Shown here: piece after piece, positions 1 to 8,747 of the stretch | Position numbering within the stretch: position 1 is the first letter of the stretch | How the letters are laid out: each line of letters opens with the position of its first letter | Assembly (NCBI GenBank): GCA_963699545.1 | Contig: CAVOUE010000009.1 | Coordinates: forward strand, 96,001 to 160,000 | Source: Nitrospirota bacterium | GTDB lineage: Bacteria > Nitrospirota > Thermodesulfovibrionia > Thermodesulfovibrionales > UBA9159 | Direction of reading: 5' to 3' | DNA length: 64,000 nt | Translations under genes and position numbers: made by a program | Notes under the pieces: generated by a model | What the model saw: the letters and a program-made list of their open reading frames with translations, nothing else | What the model was told of the DNA's origin: nothing | Databases searched by the model: none

Positions 1-98
1 TTCTGATGTCCTATATGCATACCATCAAAATTGCCGATCGTGAGGACGACATTCCTGTATTTCCCTTTCAGATTTTCAAGTCCTCTCACGATCATCAT
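1..98 (-). CDS. ribF: Bifunctional riboflavin kinase/FAD synthetase, N-terminal part (runs off the window start)
   Basis: Manual translation of the reverse strand: MMIVRGLENLKGKYRNVVLTIGNFDGMHIGHQ; GNFDGxHxGHQ is the RibF signature. Not in the ORF track. Confidence 0.9.
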   Translation of the reverse strand, partial: MMIVRGLENLKGKYRNVVLTIGNFDGMHIGHQ

Positions 99-138
99 CT
101 GTCACCCCGGATCATTGCAGAAAGCGACCGCAGGTCGC

Positions 139-759
139 TTATGAATGAGCTGCTTGCCTGTTCAGTTCTCCAAGGAGCTTTTCGTAGAGCGCCTTCACCT
201 GCTCCTCCGTTTCCTCCCGAGCACCACTGTTATCGATCGTAAAATCAGCCATCCTCATTTTCTCGTGAATGGGCATCTGCGCATCCATGCGGGCCCGGGC
301 ATCTTCCCTGCTGATGCCCCTCTGCCCAAGACGTTCGAGGGCTGTCTCCTCGTTCGCATACACCGTTATCGTCCTGCGAAACCTGCCGGCATACCCTTTC
401 TCAAAAAGCAGAGGGATCTCAATGATTACGATCTTTCCCTTCGTCTCATTTCTGTCAAAGTCGTCCAATAATTCCTCGATCCTTTCAAAGACAAGAGGAT
501 GCAGGATCTCCTCTACCACATCCCTCCTGCCCTTATCCTTAAAAATAACGGACGCGACCTTTGCTCTGTCGAGACTGCCGTCTTCAGAGAAAACACTCGC
601 TCCGAGGGCTTTTCTCATCTTGTCGAGGACGGCTGCATCACTGAGAAGTTCGTCCACTATCCCGTCAGCCCCAACGGTAATCGCCCCGAGCTTCCCGAAC
701 GTCCCGAGGACCGTACTTTTGCCCATTCCGTAATTACCGGTAAGTCCCACCAATAGCAC
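139..759 (-). CDS. coaE: Dephospho-CoA kinase
   Basis: GLTGNYGMGKST P-loop, LDRAKVASVIF, ILHPLV, EIPLLFE, ADFTIDNSG motifs. Confidence 0.95.
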   Translation of the reverse strand: MLLVGLTGNYGMGKSTVLGTFGKLGAITVGADGIVDELLSDAAVLDKMRKALGASVFSEDGSLDRAKVASVIFKDKGRRDVVEEILHPLVFERIEELLDDFDRNETKGKIVIIEIPLLFEKGYAGRFRRTITVYANEETALERLGQRGISREDARARMDAQMPIHEKMRMADFTIDNSGAREETEEQVKALYEKLLGELNRQAAHS

Positions 760-850
760 ACGGTATTATACCTCATACTGTTTAAAAGACGAAGGATTCG
801 TACCCCCACCTTTGTACCCTCCACACCTGCCGTATTACTGCTTCAGGTGT

Positions 851-879
851 TTGACCGGATTCCGCCAATAGGTTATACT
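851..879 (+). promoter_or_regulatory. Putative sigma70 promoter for the FmdB-family gene
   Basis: TTGACC-17 nt-TATACT, followed by GAGGAGG RBS before ATG 908. Confidence 0.6.
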
Positions 880-907
880 ACATTGAGCTATTGAGGAGGA
901 GGTAGTA

Positions 908-1189
908 ATGCCCGTTTACGAATACGAGTGCCGGTCGTGCGGCAAGCTTCATGAGATAATGCAGCGATACACCGACGCACCTCTCGCCAAATGTCCGGAG
1001 TGCGGCGGAGAAATGAAGAAGCTCATTTCAAGCACATCCTTTATTCTTAAGGGCACAGGGTGGTATAAGACCGATTACCCTCCCCGCAACAGCAAGAAAG
1101 AGGGAGGCGAAAAAGACAACGGCGCAAAATCTGATAAGAAACCGGAAACAAAGTCCGAACCAAAGATAGAGACTGCGTCGAAGGCCTAG
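908..1189 (+). CDS. FmdB-family zinc-ribbon regulatory protein
   Basis: [12 protein letters not shown]...CPECGG...[13 protein letters not shown] with low-complexity tail. Confidence 0.9.
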   Translation: MPVYEYECRSCGKLHEIMQRYTDAPLAKCPECGGEMKKLISSTSFILKGTGWYKTDYPPRNSKKEGGEKDNGAKSDKKPETKSEPKIETASKA

Positions 1190-1983
1190 TGAATACGGTC
1201 CACGTCCACGTACCCTACCCTCGTGTAGGGGATTATCTTGCCGCCATCAGGCAGAACAGACTGAACCTCGAAATCTATTTCCCCTCTTCTTCCCTGGATT
1301 CCCTCAAACCCGGAGACATTGAACTGCTGAAGAAAGAACTTGATTACGGCCCTTCCCTGTCCATTCACGCTCCGTTCATGGATTTGTCACCGGGTGCTGT
1401 CGATGACAGGGTGAGGGTCGTCACTCTTGAACGGTTCTTACACGTGATGGAGATTGCGGAGCTCCTCTTACCCAAAGTGATCGTGTTCCACTCGGGGTAT
1501 GAGAAGTGGAAATATGCCCATTGGATAGACCTGTGGCTTGAGGGAAGTCTGATGACATGGCGGCCCGTCATAGACAAAGCCGCCCGGCAAGGGATAAAGA
1601 TCGCGATCGAAAACATCTTTGAGGATGAGCCCTCCAACCTTCTGGCGCTCATGGAAAAGCTTCACTCGGAGAACTTCGGCATATGTTTTGATACGGGGCA
1701 CTGTAACCTCTTTTCGAAGGTTCCCGTGGTAGAGTGGATCGAGAAGCTTATGCCCTACATCTTTGAGCTTCATCTCCATGATAATGACAGGACTCTTGAC
1801 CAGCACCTTCCCATCGGCGACGGCACCTTTGACTTCAGAACACTGTTCTCGTCCCTCAACGGGAAAGACTGTGTCCGTACGATCGAGGCACACAGCCCGG
1901 AAGATGTCTTGAAAAGCATGGGGAGACTGAGGGAGCATATATCACAGCTTCCCGGCCTGGTTCCTGAGAGAAAATCCTCTTAA
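1189..1983 (+). CDS. Sugar phosphate isomerase/epimerase (AP endonuclease 2 TIM barrel) family protein
   Basis: SIHAPFMDL, IAIENIFE, CFDTGH, ELHLHDN, DQHLPIGDG metal-binding motifs. Confidence 0.85.
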   Translation: MNTVHVHVPYPRVGDYLAAIRQNRLNLEIYFPSSSLDSLKPGDIELLKKELDYGPSLSIHAPFMDLSPGAVDDRVRVVTLERFLHVMEIAELLLPKVIVFHSGYEKWKYAHWIDLWLEGSLMTWRPVIDKAARQGIKIAIENIFEDEPSNLLALMEKLHSENFGICFDTGHCNLFSKVPVVEWIEKLMPYIFELHLHDNDRTLDQHLPIGDGTFDFRTLFSSLNGKDCVRTIEAHSPEDVLKSMGRLREHISQLPGLVPERKSS

Positions 1984-3081
1984 TTTCGGCCCACCGGCGC
2001 CCTTATACTGGATCATCACCTTGTGGGACTCACCCATGCCCTGGGGGAGGATCAGGCTCTTGATCTTTGCAGCGCCAAAGAGATCAGGGGAATCGCCGTA
2101 AAGCCCCGTCATCACTTCATCGATGCCAAGAGAGACAAGGTAGGTCCCCTGGGGACAAAACCCCGCAGTTATAAGACCGAATTCCTGTCCCCATTTTTTT
2201 ACCGCCGAGAAATTCACATGGGCCGTCAGATCCTGTTCCCCGATATGCTGGTACGGGTCTTCGTTCACCTGATGCTGATAATAGCAGAGCAGCGTCCCCC
2301 TGTTCCGGTCGTCACCATAGTAGTCCCACGCAGGGTAGCCGTAATCAATGGTCAGGACAAAACCCTCTGAAAGTGTCTCACTGATATTCCTGAGCCAGCC
2401 CTTCAGCCGGAGATTTACCTCGGTTCTGTACCCTTCCGGAAGTTCAACATCAAACTCCCTGAAATACTCCCTGACATCGTCACCGCATGGTCTCTTCACT
2501 TCCACAACCTCATCCCCTTTTACCGTGACATAGACCTCCATCACCTCCCCGTCCATCTCAACCATTCTGACGGGAAAGGCATCGAGAAGCTCGTTGGAGA
2601 AGAGACATCCTACAACAGGCCCCAGCTCTTCCAGGCCGGAAAACCACGCGATCATGTCCGAATAGTCCTTGAGGAGCATCTGCTGCTGCGCCTTCACTGA
2701 AGGATTCAGCTCGATGATGGAATAGCTGATGTGCTCAAAAAAAGCGCCACTGTTCACCCCTTGCTGCCTGCCCCTCGTCTTAAGATACTCAAGCATGTCT
2801 GCGGCAAGATATCCCATGCCAGCACCCATCTCCACGATGCGGAACACCTCCGGCCTGCCCATAAGGTCCCACATCTCTTCCATCTGTCTCCCTATCATTG
2901 CGCCGAAAATCGGATGAAGATGGGAACTGGTGTAAAAATCCCCAGGCCGGCCGATCTTTGTGGCGTCCCTCGTGTAGTATCCGAGTCCCGGGGAATAGAG
3001 TGCCATGTCCATGAAGGTCTCAAACTTTATCGGACCTTCTTTCTTTATTCTTTCGATGATGTTTTCTTTGAGAGGGGTCAT
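1942..3081 (-). CDS. SAM-dependent methyltransferase, MidA/NDUFAF7 family
   Basis: FMDMALY..GYY, GDFYTS, VEMGAG.G, SNELLDAFP, IDYG, QDLTAHVNF. Confidence 0.9.
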   Translation of the reverse strand: MTPLKENIIERIKKEGPIKFETFMDMALYSPGLGYYTRDATKIGRPGDFYTSSHLHPIFGAMIGRQMEEMWDLMGRPEVFRIVEMGAGMGYLAADMLEYLKTRGRQQGVNSGAFFEHISYSIIELNPSVKAQQQMLLKDYSDMIAWFSGLEELGPVVGCLFSNELLDAFPVRMVEMDGEVMEVYVTVKGDEVVEVKRPCGDDVREYFREFDVELPEGYRTEVNLRLKGWLRNISETLSEGFVLTIDYGYPAWDYYGDDRNRGTLLCYYQHQVNEDPYQHIGEQDLTAHVNFSAVKKWGQEFGLITAGFCPQGTYLVSLGIDEVMTGLYGDSPDLFGAAKIKSLILPQGMGESHKVMIQYKGAGGPKLRGFSLRNQAGKL

Positions 3082-3114
3082 GATAGTACTGAATTACTTA
3101 CCGCACGAGTTTTA

Positions 3115-3285
3115 TGAGCAGGGCTGACTTGAGCGGCATCAGAGGTTTTTCGGTAACAGTCCTTCGCGAAATGAAGCGGTTACATCCTCGACTGTCTGCG
3201 CCCGCAGGGCGAGTTTCGAGGATGTAGTGGAATGAGCATAGAACTGTCGAAAAATCTCGTAGTGAGCGAAAGTCAGTTATGCTCA
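3115..3285. repeat. ~170-nt imperfect long palindrome (MITE/REP-like element or structured RNA)
   Basis: Nested inverted pairs TGAGCA/TGCTCA, CTGACTT/AAGTCAG, GAGGTTTTTCG/CGAAAAATCTC, ACAGT/ACTGT, TACATCCTCGA/TCGAGGATGTA, apical GCCC-GCA-GGGC. Confidence 0.7.
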
Positions 3286-3307
3286 AGGAACGCACATTTC
3301 TGCCTTT

Positions 3308-4291
3308 TCACGGTATCTCGAGCATCCTGTCCAGAGCCCTCCTGGCAGGAACCCGTATCTCTTCGGGAACCTTTATGACATGTCTCATTTCCCTCAGGGC
3401 CCTGAGGACACTGTCCAGTGTAGTCTTCTTCATGTTGGGACAGATCATGTCTTTCCTCAGGGGATGAAAAACCTTATCCGGATGCTCCTTTTTCAGTCGG
3501 TGCATGAGACCGACTTCGGTGCCGACGATGAACTCCTTCGCCTCCGAAGCTGCCGCAAACCTGAGCATCCCGGATGTACTCGTCACATGATCCGCAAGTT
3601 CCAGGACCTCGGGCCTGCACTCGGGATGCGCCATGAGCAGGGCCCCGGCATGTTCGGCCCTCGCCTTCAGGACATCCTCCTTAGTTACCCTGTCGTGGAC
3701 ATGGCAGAACCCGTCCCACGCGATGACCTGCTTTTTTGTGTTCTTCTGGGCCCACATGGAGAGATTCCGGTCAGGGACGCAGATCACTCTATCGCCGGGA
3801 AGGGACTCCACCACCCTGACCACGTTGGCGGACGTGCAACAGATATCGCTCTCGGCCTTCACGTCGGCAGTAGTGTTCACATAGGCGACCACAGGAACTC
3901 CGGGATATGTCGCTTTCATGTCCCTCAGTGTGAAATCATGGGGAAAGACAAAGGCTGGCTGGACATCATACCCGGGGAAATTCTTCCGGACATTTCGTAT
4001 GGAACTCACCCTGATCATGTCCGCCATGGGGCAGTTCGCATCCGGTTCCGGCAAAAGTACGGTCTTTTCAGGAGAAAGTATGGAGGCGCTCTCCGCCATA
4101 AAGTTCACGCCGCAGAAGACGATCACATCGCACTCGATGGTCGAGGCAATCCGGGAAAGCTCAAGGGAATCGCCCACAAAGTCAGCCAGGTCCTGCACCT
4201 CATCCCTCTGGTAGTTGTGGGAAAGGATTATGGCGCGTTTCTCACCCTTCACCTTCAGGATCTCTCTACGAAGATCTTCAGAAAGGGACAT
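3308..4291 (-). CDS. nadA: Quinolinate synthase A
   Basis: ILSHNYQ, DFVGDSL, FCGVNFMAE, CPMA, YVNT, CCTSAN, CHVH, AHPEC, CPNMK. Confidence 0.95.
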   Translation of the reverse strand: MSLSEDLRREILKVKGEKRAIILSHNYQRDEVQDLADFVGDSLELSRIASTIECDVIVFCGVNFMAESASILSPEKTVLLPEPDANCPMADMIRVSSIRNVRKNFPGYDVQPAFVFPHDFTLRDMKATYPGVPVVAYVNTTADVKAESDICCTSANVVRVVESLPGDRVICVPDRNLSMWAQKNTKKQVIAWDGFCHVHDRVTKEDVLKARAEHAGALLMAHPECRPEVLELADHVTSTSGMLRFAAASEAKEFIVGTEVGLMHRLKKEHPDKVFHPLRKDMICPNMKKTTLDSVLRALREMRHVIKVPEEIRVPARRALDRMLEIP

Positions 4292-5014
4292 CTAAAACCT
4301 TGGGGTCTTCTTTTGATTATAAAGGGGGGAATTGGTGAACAGGACAGTGCCATCTTCCGTCAGCACCTTAAAAATGGCCTCGGTCTTCGGTCCCGCATGG
4401 GGGACGAGCGAGACCGAGGATGATACGGGAAGGACGGTCCTTCCGTTATAGAGAGAGAGAACTCTCTTCACGTACTGCTTCGTTTCCGTGATCTGCGGAA
4501 CGGAACCGGTTCTCTCCACCGCCTTTGGTCCGGCGTTATAGGCTGCAAGGGCGAGGGTAAGATCACCATTAAACCTCTCAATGAGATACTTCAGATACCG
4601 TGTCCCCCCGTCTATATTCTCCTCGGGGTCAAAGGGGTTTCTCACCGCAAGGTCGTTGGCGGTCGTAGGCATCAGTTGCATAAGCCCCATGGCGCCTTTT
4701 CTCGATATTGCGCGCGGGTTACCGTTGGATTCCGTCTTGATCACGGCGTGCAGAAGGGATGGGTCCATCTCATACTTGCTCGCCTTGTCGGCCACAATGC
4801 TGTGAAAGTCCCTCTGTACGGCTGGACCGTGACTGTAACCATCCCCCTGCACCAACGAGGGTTCGGTCCTCAGCACTCTTTCAGCCTTCCTGTTTAAAGG
4901 AGCATCCGTGTAGCAAAGCACTCCGTTCTCGTCAACATACCGGTAGATGTCTGCCCACGAGCTTGTCGGAACTGAAAACAGCGAAAGCAAGGCGATGAGA
5001 ACTATCCGCATCAT
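4292..5014 (-). CDS. Lytic transglycosylase (SLT domain) with N-terminal DUF4124-like segment
   Basis: Signal peptide, DIYRYVDENG, AVIKTES, GAMGLMQLMP, LAAYNAG, ETKQYV. Confidence 0.9.
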   Translation of the reverse strand: MMRIVLIALLSLFSVPTSSWADIYRYVDENGVLCYTDAPLNRKAERVLRTEPSLVQGDGYSHGPAVQRDFHSIVADKASKYEMDPSLLHAVIKTESNGNPRAISRKGAMGLMQLMPTTANDLAVRNPFDPEENIDGGTRYLKYLIERFNGDLTLALAAYNAGPKAVERTGSVPQITETKQYVKRVLSLYNGRTVLPVSSSVSLVPHAGPKTEAIFKVLTEDGTVLFTNSPLYNQKKTPRF

Positions 5015-5086
5015 ACTTGAATGTTATCACGCAGAGACGCTTCTGTCAAGCACTGAAGCCATTCCGCATGCGTTTGACGTCTTCAC

Positions 5087-5290
5087 CTACAATTCCTTTA
5101 TTCCCCCATACGCAAAATAAAACGCCATGACGGAGAAAAAAGACGTAACAACTACAAGGAGCAGAAACAACAGCGCCCGCAGCGTATCTCCTCTCCGGAA
5201 GTAAAAGATCGCACGTGGCGCAAGAGTGACAACTCCGAAAAAAAGCATAAGACCGATGAGTATCTGGGTGATAATCCTGAGCACAGACAA
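5087..5290 (-). CDS. Small two-TM membrane protein
   Basis: 67 aa ORF with two hydrophobic helices filling an intergenic gap. Confidence 0.5.
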   Translation of the reverse strand: MSVLRIITQILIGLMLFFGVVTLAPRAIFYFRRGDTLRALLFLLLVVVTSFFSVMAFYFAYGGIKEL

Positions 5291-5406
5291 ATGTAGAACA
5301 AATACCGCCGTAAAAGCAAACCATTTGTCGACGTTGCGCGCTCCCTCACTTTATGATACCCTTAAGACAAGGGAACGGAGATGAATACCAAAGGAGGATA
5401 TGCAGG

Positions 5407-5733
5407 ATGAAAAAGACGTGCATGGTGTGCCTTATCGTGATGGCGGTCTTTGTGCTCGGCTCAATAGGGATCGCAAAGGAAGGCGGGAAAAAGTCCGGAG
5501 AAGCGTTATTCAAAGAGCACTGCTCGCCGTGTCACGCGGACGGGGGCAATATTATCAACCCCAAGAAGACACTGAAGAAGAAGGACCTCGACGCAAATAA
5601 CATCAAGAAGGCGGGGGATATCGTAAAGATAATGAGAACTCCGGGTCCCGGCATGACAAAGTTCGATGACAAGACCATCCCTGACAAGGACGCAAAAGAG
5701 ATTGCGGAATATATTCTGAAGACCTTCAAGTAG
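5407..5733 (+). CDS. Cytochrome c6-like monohaem cytochrome c
   Basis: Signal peptide, CSPCH haem motif, GGNIINPKKTL and PGMTKF (Met ligand) typical of cyt c6; start chosen at ATG 5407 after AGGAGG. Confidence 0.9.
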   Translation: MKKTCMVCLIVMAVFVLGSIGIAKEGGKKSGEALFKEHCSPCHADGGNIINPKKTLKKKDLDANNIKKAGDIVKIMRTPGPGMTKFDDKTIPDKDAKEIAEYILKTFK

Positions 5734-5743
5734 GGCATTTCAG

Positions 5744-5767
5744 CTGGCAGGGCGGTCGCCCTGCCAG
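5744..5767 (+). terminator. GC-rich hairpin after cytochrome c gene (possible terminator/stabiliser)
   Basis: CTGGCAGGGCG-GT-CGCCCTGCCAG perfect inverted repeat; no clear U-tract. Confidence 0.45.
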
Positions 5768-5835
5768 TCGCCCCTGCACGTTGACATCTTCCCCTTCCTC
5801 ATTGACATAAAAAACCATTTCGGCAATCATGTAGT

Positions 5836-6999
5836 ATGGTCGCAGCCTTTGACAAATCCTCCATAGAGAGCATTTCAGCCACTCAGTTTACCGAGGGCAA
5901 CAGGGTGAAACTCCTCTATAAGGGGAGAGACTCCTTTAAGGCAATTTTCGAATGCGCGAATGATGCAAAAAAGCTCATCTGCCTCCAGTTCTATATTTTC
6001 CGGAACGACGAAACAGGAACCGAGCTTGCCGGTCTTCTCAAGAAAAAGGCGAGGGAAGGCATACAGGTCTACGTCCTCTATGATCATTTCGGGTCCATCG
6101 GAACGCCGGGTCGTTTCTGGAATGAACTTTCAGATGCCGGGATTGCCCTGCGGGCATCAAGGCCTTTCAAGTGGTTTTCCCCTCTCCACTATGCCCGTCG
6201 GGACCACAGGAAACTACTGATCATCGACTGTGCAAGGGCATTCACCGGAGGTCTGAACATAGCCAACGAATACCGCGGTTTTCACCTCAGGAGGAAGAGG
6301 GGATGGAGGGATACCGGTATCATACTGGATGGCCCCATCGTCCCTGAACTCTTCGTCACTTTTCAAAAAGCCTGGCAGGCATGGGGAGGCCCGCCCATCC
6401 CTTCTTCCGAAATACCGGAATGTCAGCTTTCTGCCCCGGCTTCGGAAGTCACGTTGCCGGTCATTACGATCTTTGCCTCCTCTGCAAAGGGGAGGAGGAG
6501 GATGCGCAAGCTTCTCTATCACAGCATTACCCATGCGCAAAAGAGTATCCATTTGACTACTGCATATTTCACTCCCAGCAGGAGAATGCTGTATTCCCTC
6601 GAAGAAGCGGTGAGGAGAGGGGTAAAGGTAAAATTGCTTCTCCCCGGTCAGAGCGACGTGCCCGCTGCTTATTATGCAGGACGCGCTTCCTTTTCAAGAC
6701 TCCTGAAATCGGGGATAAGAATATTCGCATACCATGGAGAGATGTTGCACGCAAAAAGCTACGTCTTCGATGAATACTGGAGTATCGTTGGTTCTGCTAA
6801 TCTCGACTTTCAGTCCCTCCGCTGGAACGATGAGGGGAACGTGGGGATACTGGACGAGGGGTTCGGGCGGGAGATGACCGCTGTCTTTGAGGAAGACATC
6901 ACCCACGCCATGGAGATACAGCGCGACGAATGGACGGGAAGACCCTTTTCCGAAAAGATCAAGGAGAGATTCTTCGCGCTTTTCAGGAGGAGGCTTTGA
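5836..6999 (+). CDS. cls: Cardiolipin synthase-like phospholipase D (ClsB-type, no N-terminal TM)
   Basis: Two HKD motifs (HRKLLIID, HAKSYVFD), GGLNIA, GSANLD. Confidence 0.85.
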   Translation: MVAAFDKSSIESISATQFTEGNRVKLLYKGRDSFKAIFECANDAKKLICLQFYIFRNDETGTELAGLLKKKAREGIQVYVLYDHFGSIGTPGRFWNELSDAGIALRASRPFKWFSPLHYARRDHRKLLIIDCARAFTGGLNIANEYRGFHLRRKRGWRDTGIILDGPIVPELFVTFQKAWQAWGGPPIPSSEIPECQLSAPASEVTLPVITIFASSAKGRRRMRKLLYHSITHAQKSIHLTTAYFTPSRRMLYSLEEAVRRGVKVKLLLPGQSDVPAAYYAGRASFSRLLKSGIRIFAYHGEMLHAKSYVFDEYWSIVGSANLDFQSLRWNDEGNVGILDEGFGREMTAVFEEDITHAMEIQRDEWTGRPFSEKIKERFFALFRRRL

Positions 7000-8219
7000 T
7001 ATTCGGCTCTCCACCCTTCACGAACTGGATCATGATGAGGCCGGTCAGGAAAAAAAGCGCGATCGAGAGTATCGCAGGCCGCTGACTGCCAAAGGTCGAG
7101 GAGATATACCCAAAGATCAAAGGTCCTGCTACGGCAGAGGATTTTCCCACCATTGAGTATGCCCCGAAATATTCTGATTCGTGACCCGGGGGGATGAACT
7201 GCGTAAAGAACGCCCTGGTCGCTGCCTGGACAGTGCCGAGACCCAGGCCAGCGCTGCACGACAGGAGCCAGAAATGCGCTTTCGAAGAGATGAAGAAGGC
7301 GATAACGGAGAACAGAGGTCCACAAAAGAAGCGAAAGACTGACCACCTTCTTCGGTCCAAGAGAATCTATAGGCCTTGCCATGAGAAAGGCGCCGATGAG
7401 GGCAGTGATCTGGACAATGAGATAGAGGCCTATCAGTTCCTGCGGCTTAAATCCCAGAGTGCTTGCCGCAAAGATGCTCGAAAATACGATGACCGTGTTC
7501 ACCCCGTCTTCATAGACCAGGTACGCTATGAGGAATCGCCTGGACTCCCTGCCGGCCCATATCTCTCTGAATGTGCTCCACGTGCACCGGAAACCCTGTG
7601 AGGCAGCGCGGATGATCTTCAGCCCGGTTCTGTCCCTCGGAAGAGAGAGAAAAGCGGGCAGGGAAAAAAGAGCAAAGAAGGCGGCGACCATGAGCCATGT
7701 TTCTCCAAAGTGTCCCGTCTTCACCAGAGGGATCGCAACGATGAGGGAAAGAATGGAACCTGCATATCCGATGGCATAGCCCCACGCCGAAACCCTCCCC
7801 TGGTATTCCTTTTCCGCGATCTCGGGGAGAAACGAGTTGTAAAAAACCAGTCCCCCTTCCAGCCCCATGTTCGCCAGGACTATCAGGAGAAAACCCTCAA
7901 AGACCATTCCTTTTTGGAGAAAAGAGAGGCTCGTCACCGTGACTATGCAGACGGACGTGTACGCGAAAAGGAGCCTCTTCCTTATCCCGCCGTAATCGGC
8001 GATCCCGCCCATGAACGGCGAGGTCACCGCGACGACCGCCATGCTCAGCGACACCGCCCTCCCCCACCAGAGATCTCCAAGACCGTTCTGGTTGCCCACG
8101 ATCTGCGTCGCGTAATAGACAGGGAATACGACTGCAGCTATGACCGCGGAATAGCTTGAATTGGCGAAATCAAACATGCACCAGCTGATGATCTGCTTCC
8201 TGTTTCTTATGCCGGTCAT
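6983..8219 (-). CDS. MFS transporter (UMF1/BtlA-like), one +1 frameshift at ~7307-7313
   Basis: SWCMFDFANS, FYNSFLP, GRVSAWGY; removing one base at GGAGAAC joins ORFs 6810..8219 and 6983..7360 into one 12-TM-like protein. Confidence 0.85.
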
Positions 8220-8257
8220 CCCTCCTCCTGCCCTCTGATTATAGCACCAAATTTATT

Positions 8258-8286
8258 TTGACACGATGAAAGCTGATTGCTATAAT
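8258..8286 (+). promoter_or_regulatory. Perfect-consensus sigma70 promoter with extended -10
   Basis: TTGACA-17 nt-TATAAT with TG at the extended -10 position. Confidence 0.8.
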
Positions 8287-8357
8287 TACATTAACTGGAG
8301 CGGGAAAAGGGAGGAACGAACTGTCCGTCTCCGAACGAGGGAGAGGAGGTGACCCAC

Positions 8358-8672
8358 ATGAAGAGACTGCTGACCATGGTTCTCAGCATTTCGGTGCTGG
8401 CTGTCTTCATCGGCCTGGCCGCCGCGCAGCAGGCCGGAGAAAAGAAGACGGTCGACAAGGCATCGCCTAAACTGATTACCGGAAAAGTGATGAGCGTGGA
8501 CCTGAAAGCTAAAGCCTTTACCATCGTCTCAAAGGGCAAGGAGATCACGTTCAGGGCGTCGAAACTGAAGACCCTGCCGAAGACGGGTGACGTCATCGAC
8601 ATCACCTATACTGATACCGGCGGCCCGATGGAGGCGATTAACTTGAACTCGTCACGAAGTAACATCTATTAG
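8358..8672 (+). CDS. Small secreted protein, probable OB-fold-like beta domain
   Basis: GGAGG RBS, signal peptide ending AAA, ITGKVMSVD...GDVIDITY pattern, strong promoter. Confidence 0.75.
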   Translation: MKRLLTMVLSISVLAVFIGLAAAQQAGEKKTVDKASPKLITGKVMSVDLKAKAFTIVSKGKEITFRASKLKTLPKTGDVIDITYTDTGGPMEAINLNSSRSNIY

Positions 8673-8747
8673 GAAAGGGGCGGAGGGGAGTTCTGTTCCG
8701 GAAGGAGAAAAAGGGACGGCTGCGATATAAACTGCACGCTTGCGTCC

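Noticed and set aside
3380-4423. Long antisense ORFs (also 13964..14959, 17098..18081, 57233..58093) and the alternate-frame ORF 46139..47011
   Set aside because: They lie opposite or out of frame to well-supported genes and have no recognisable motifs; typical GC-rich shadow ORFs.
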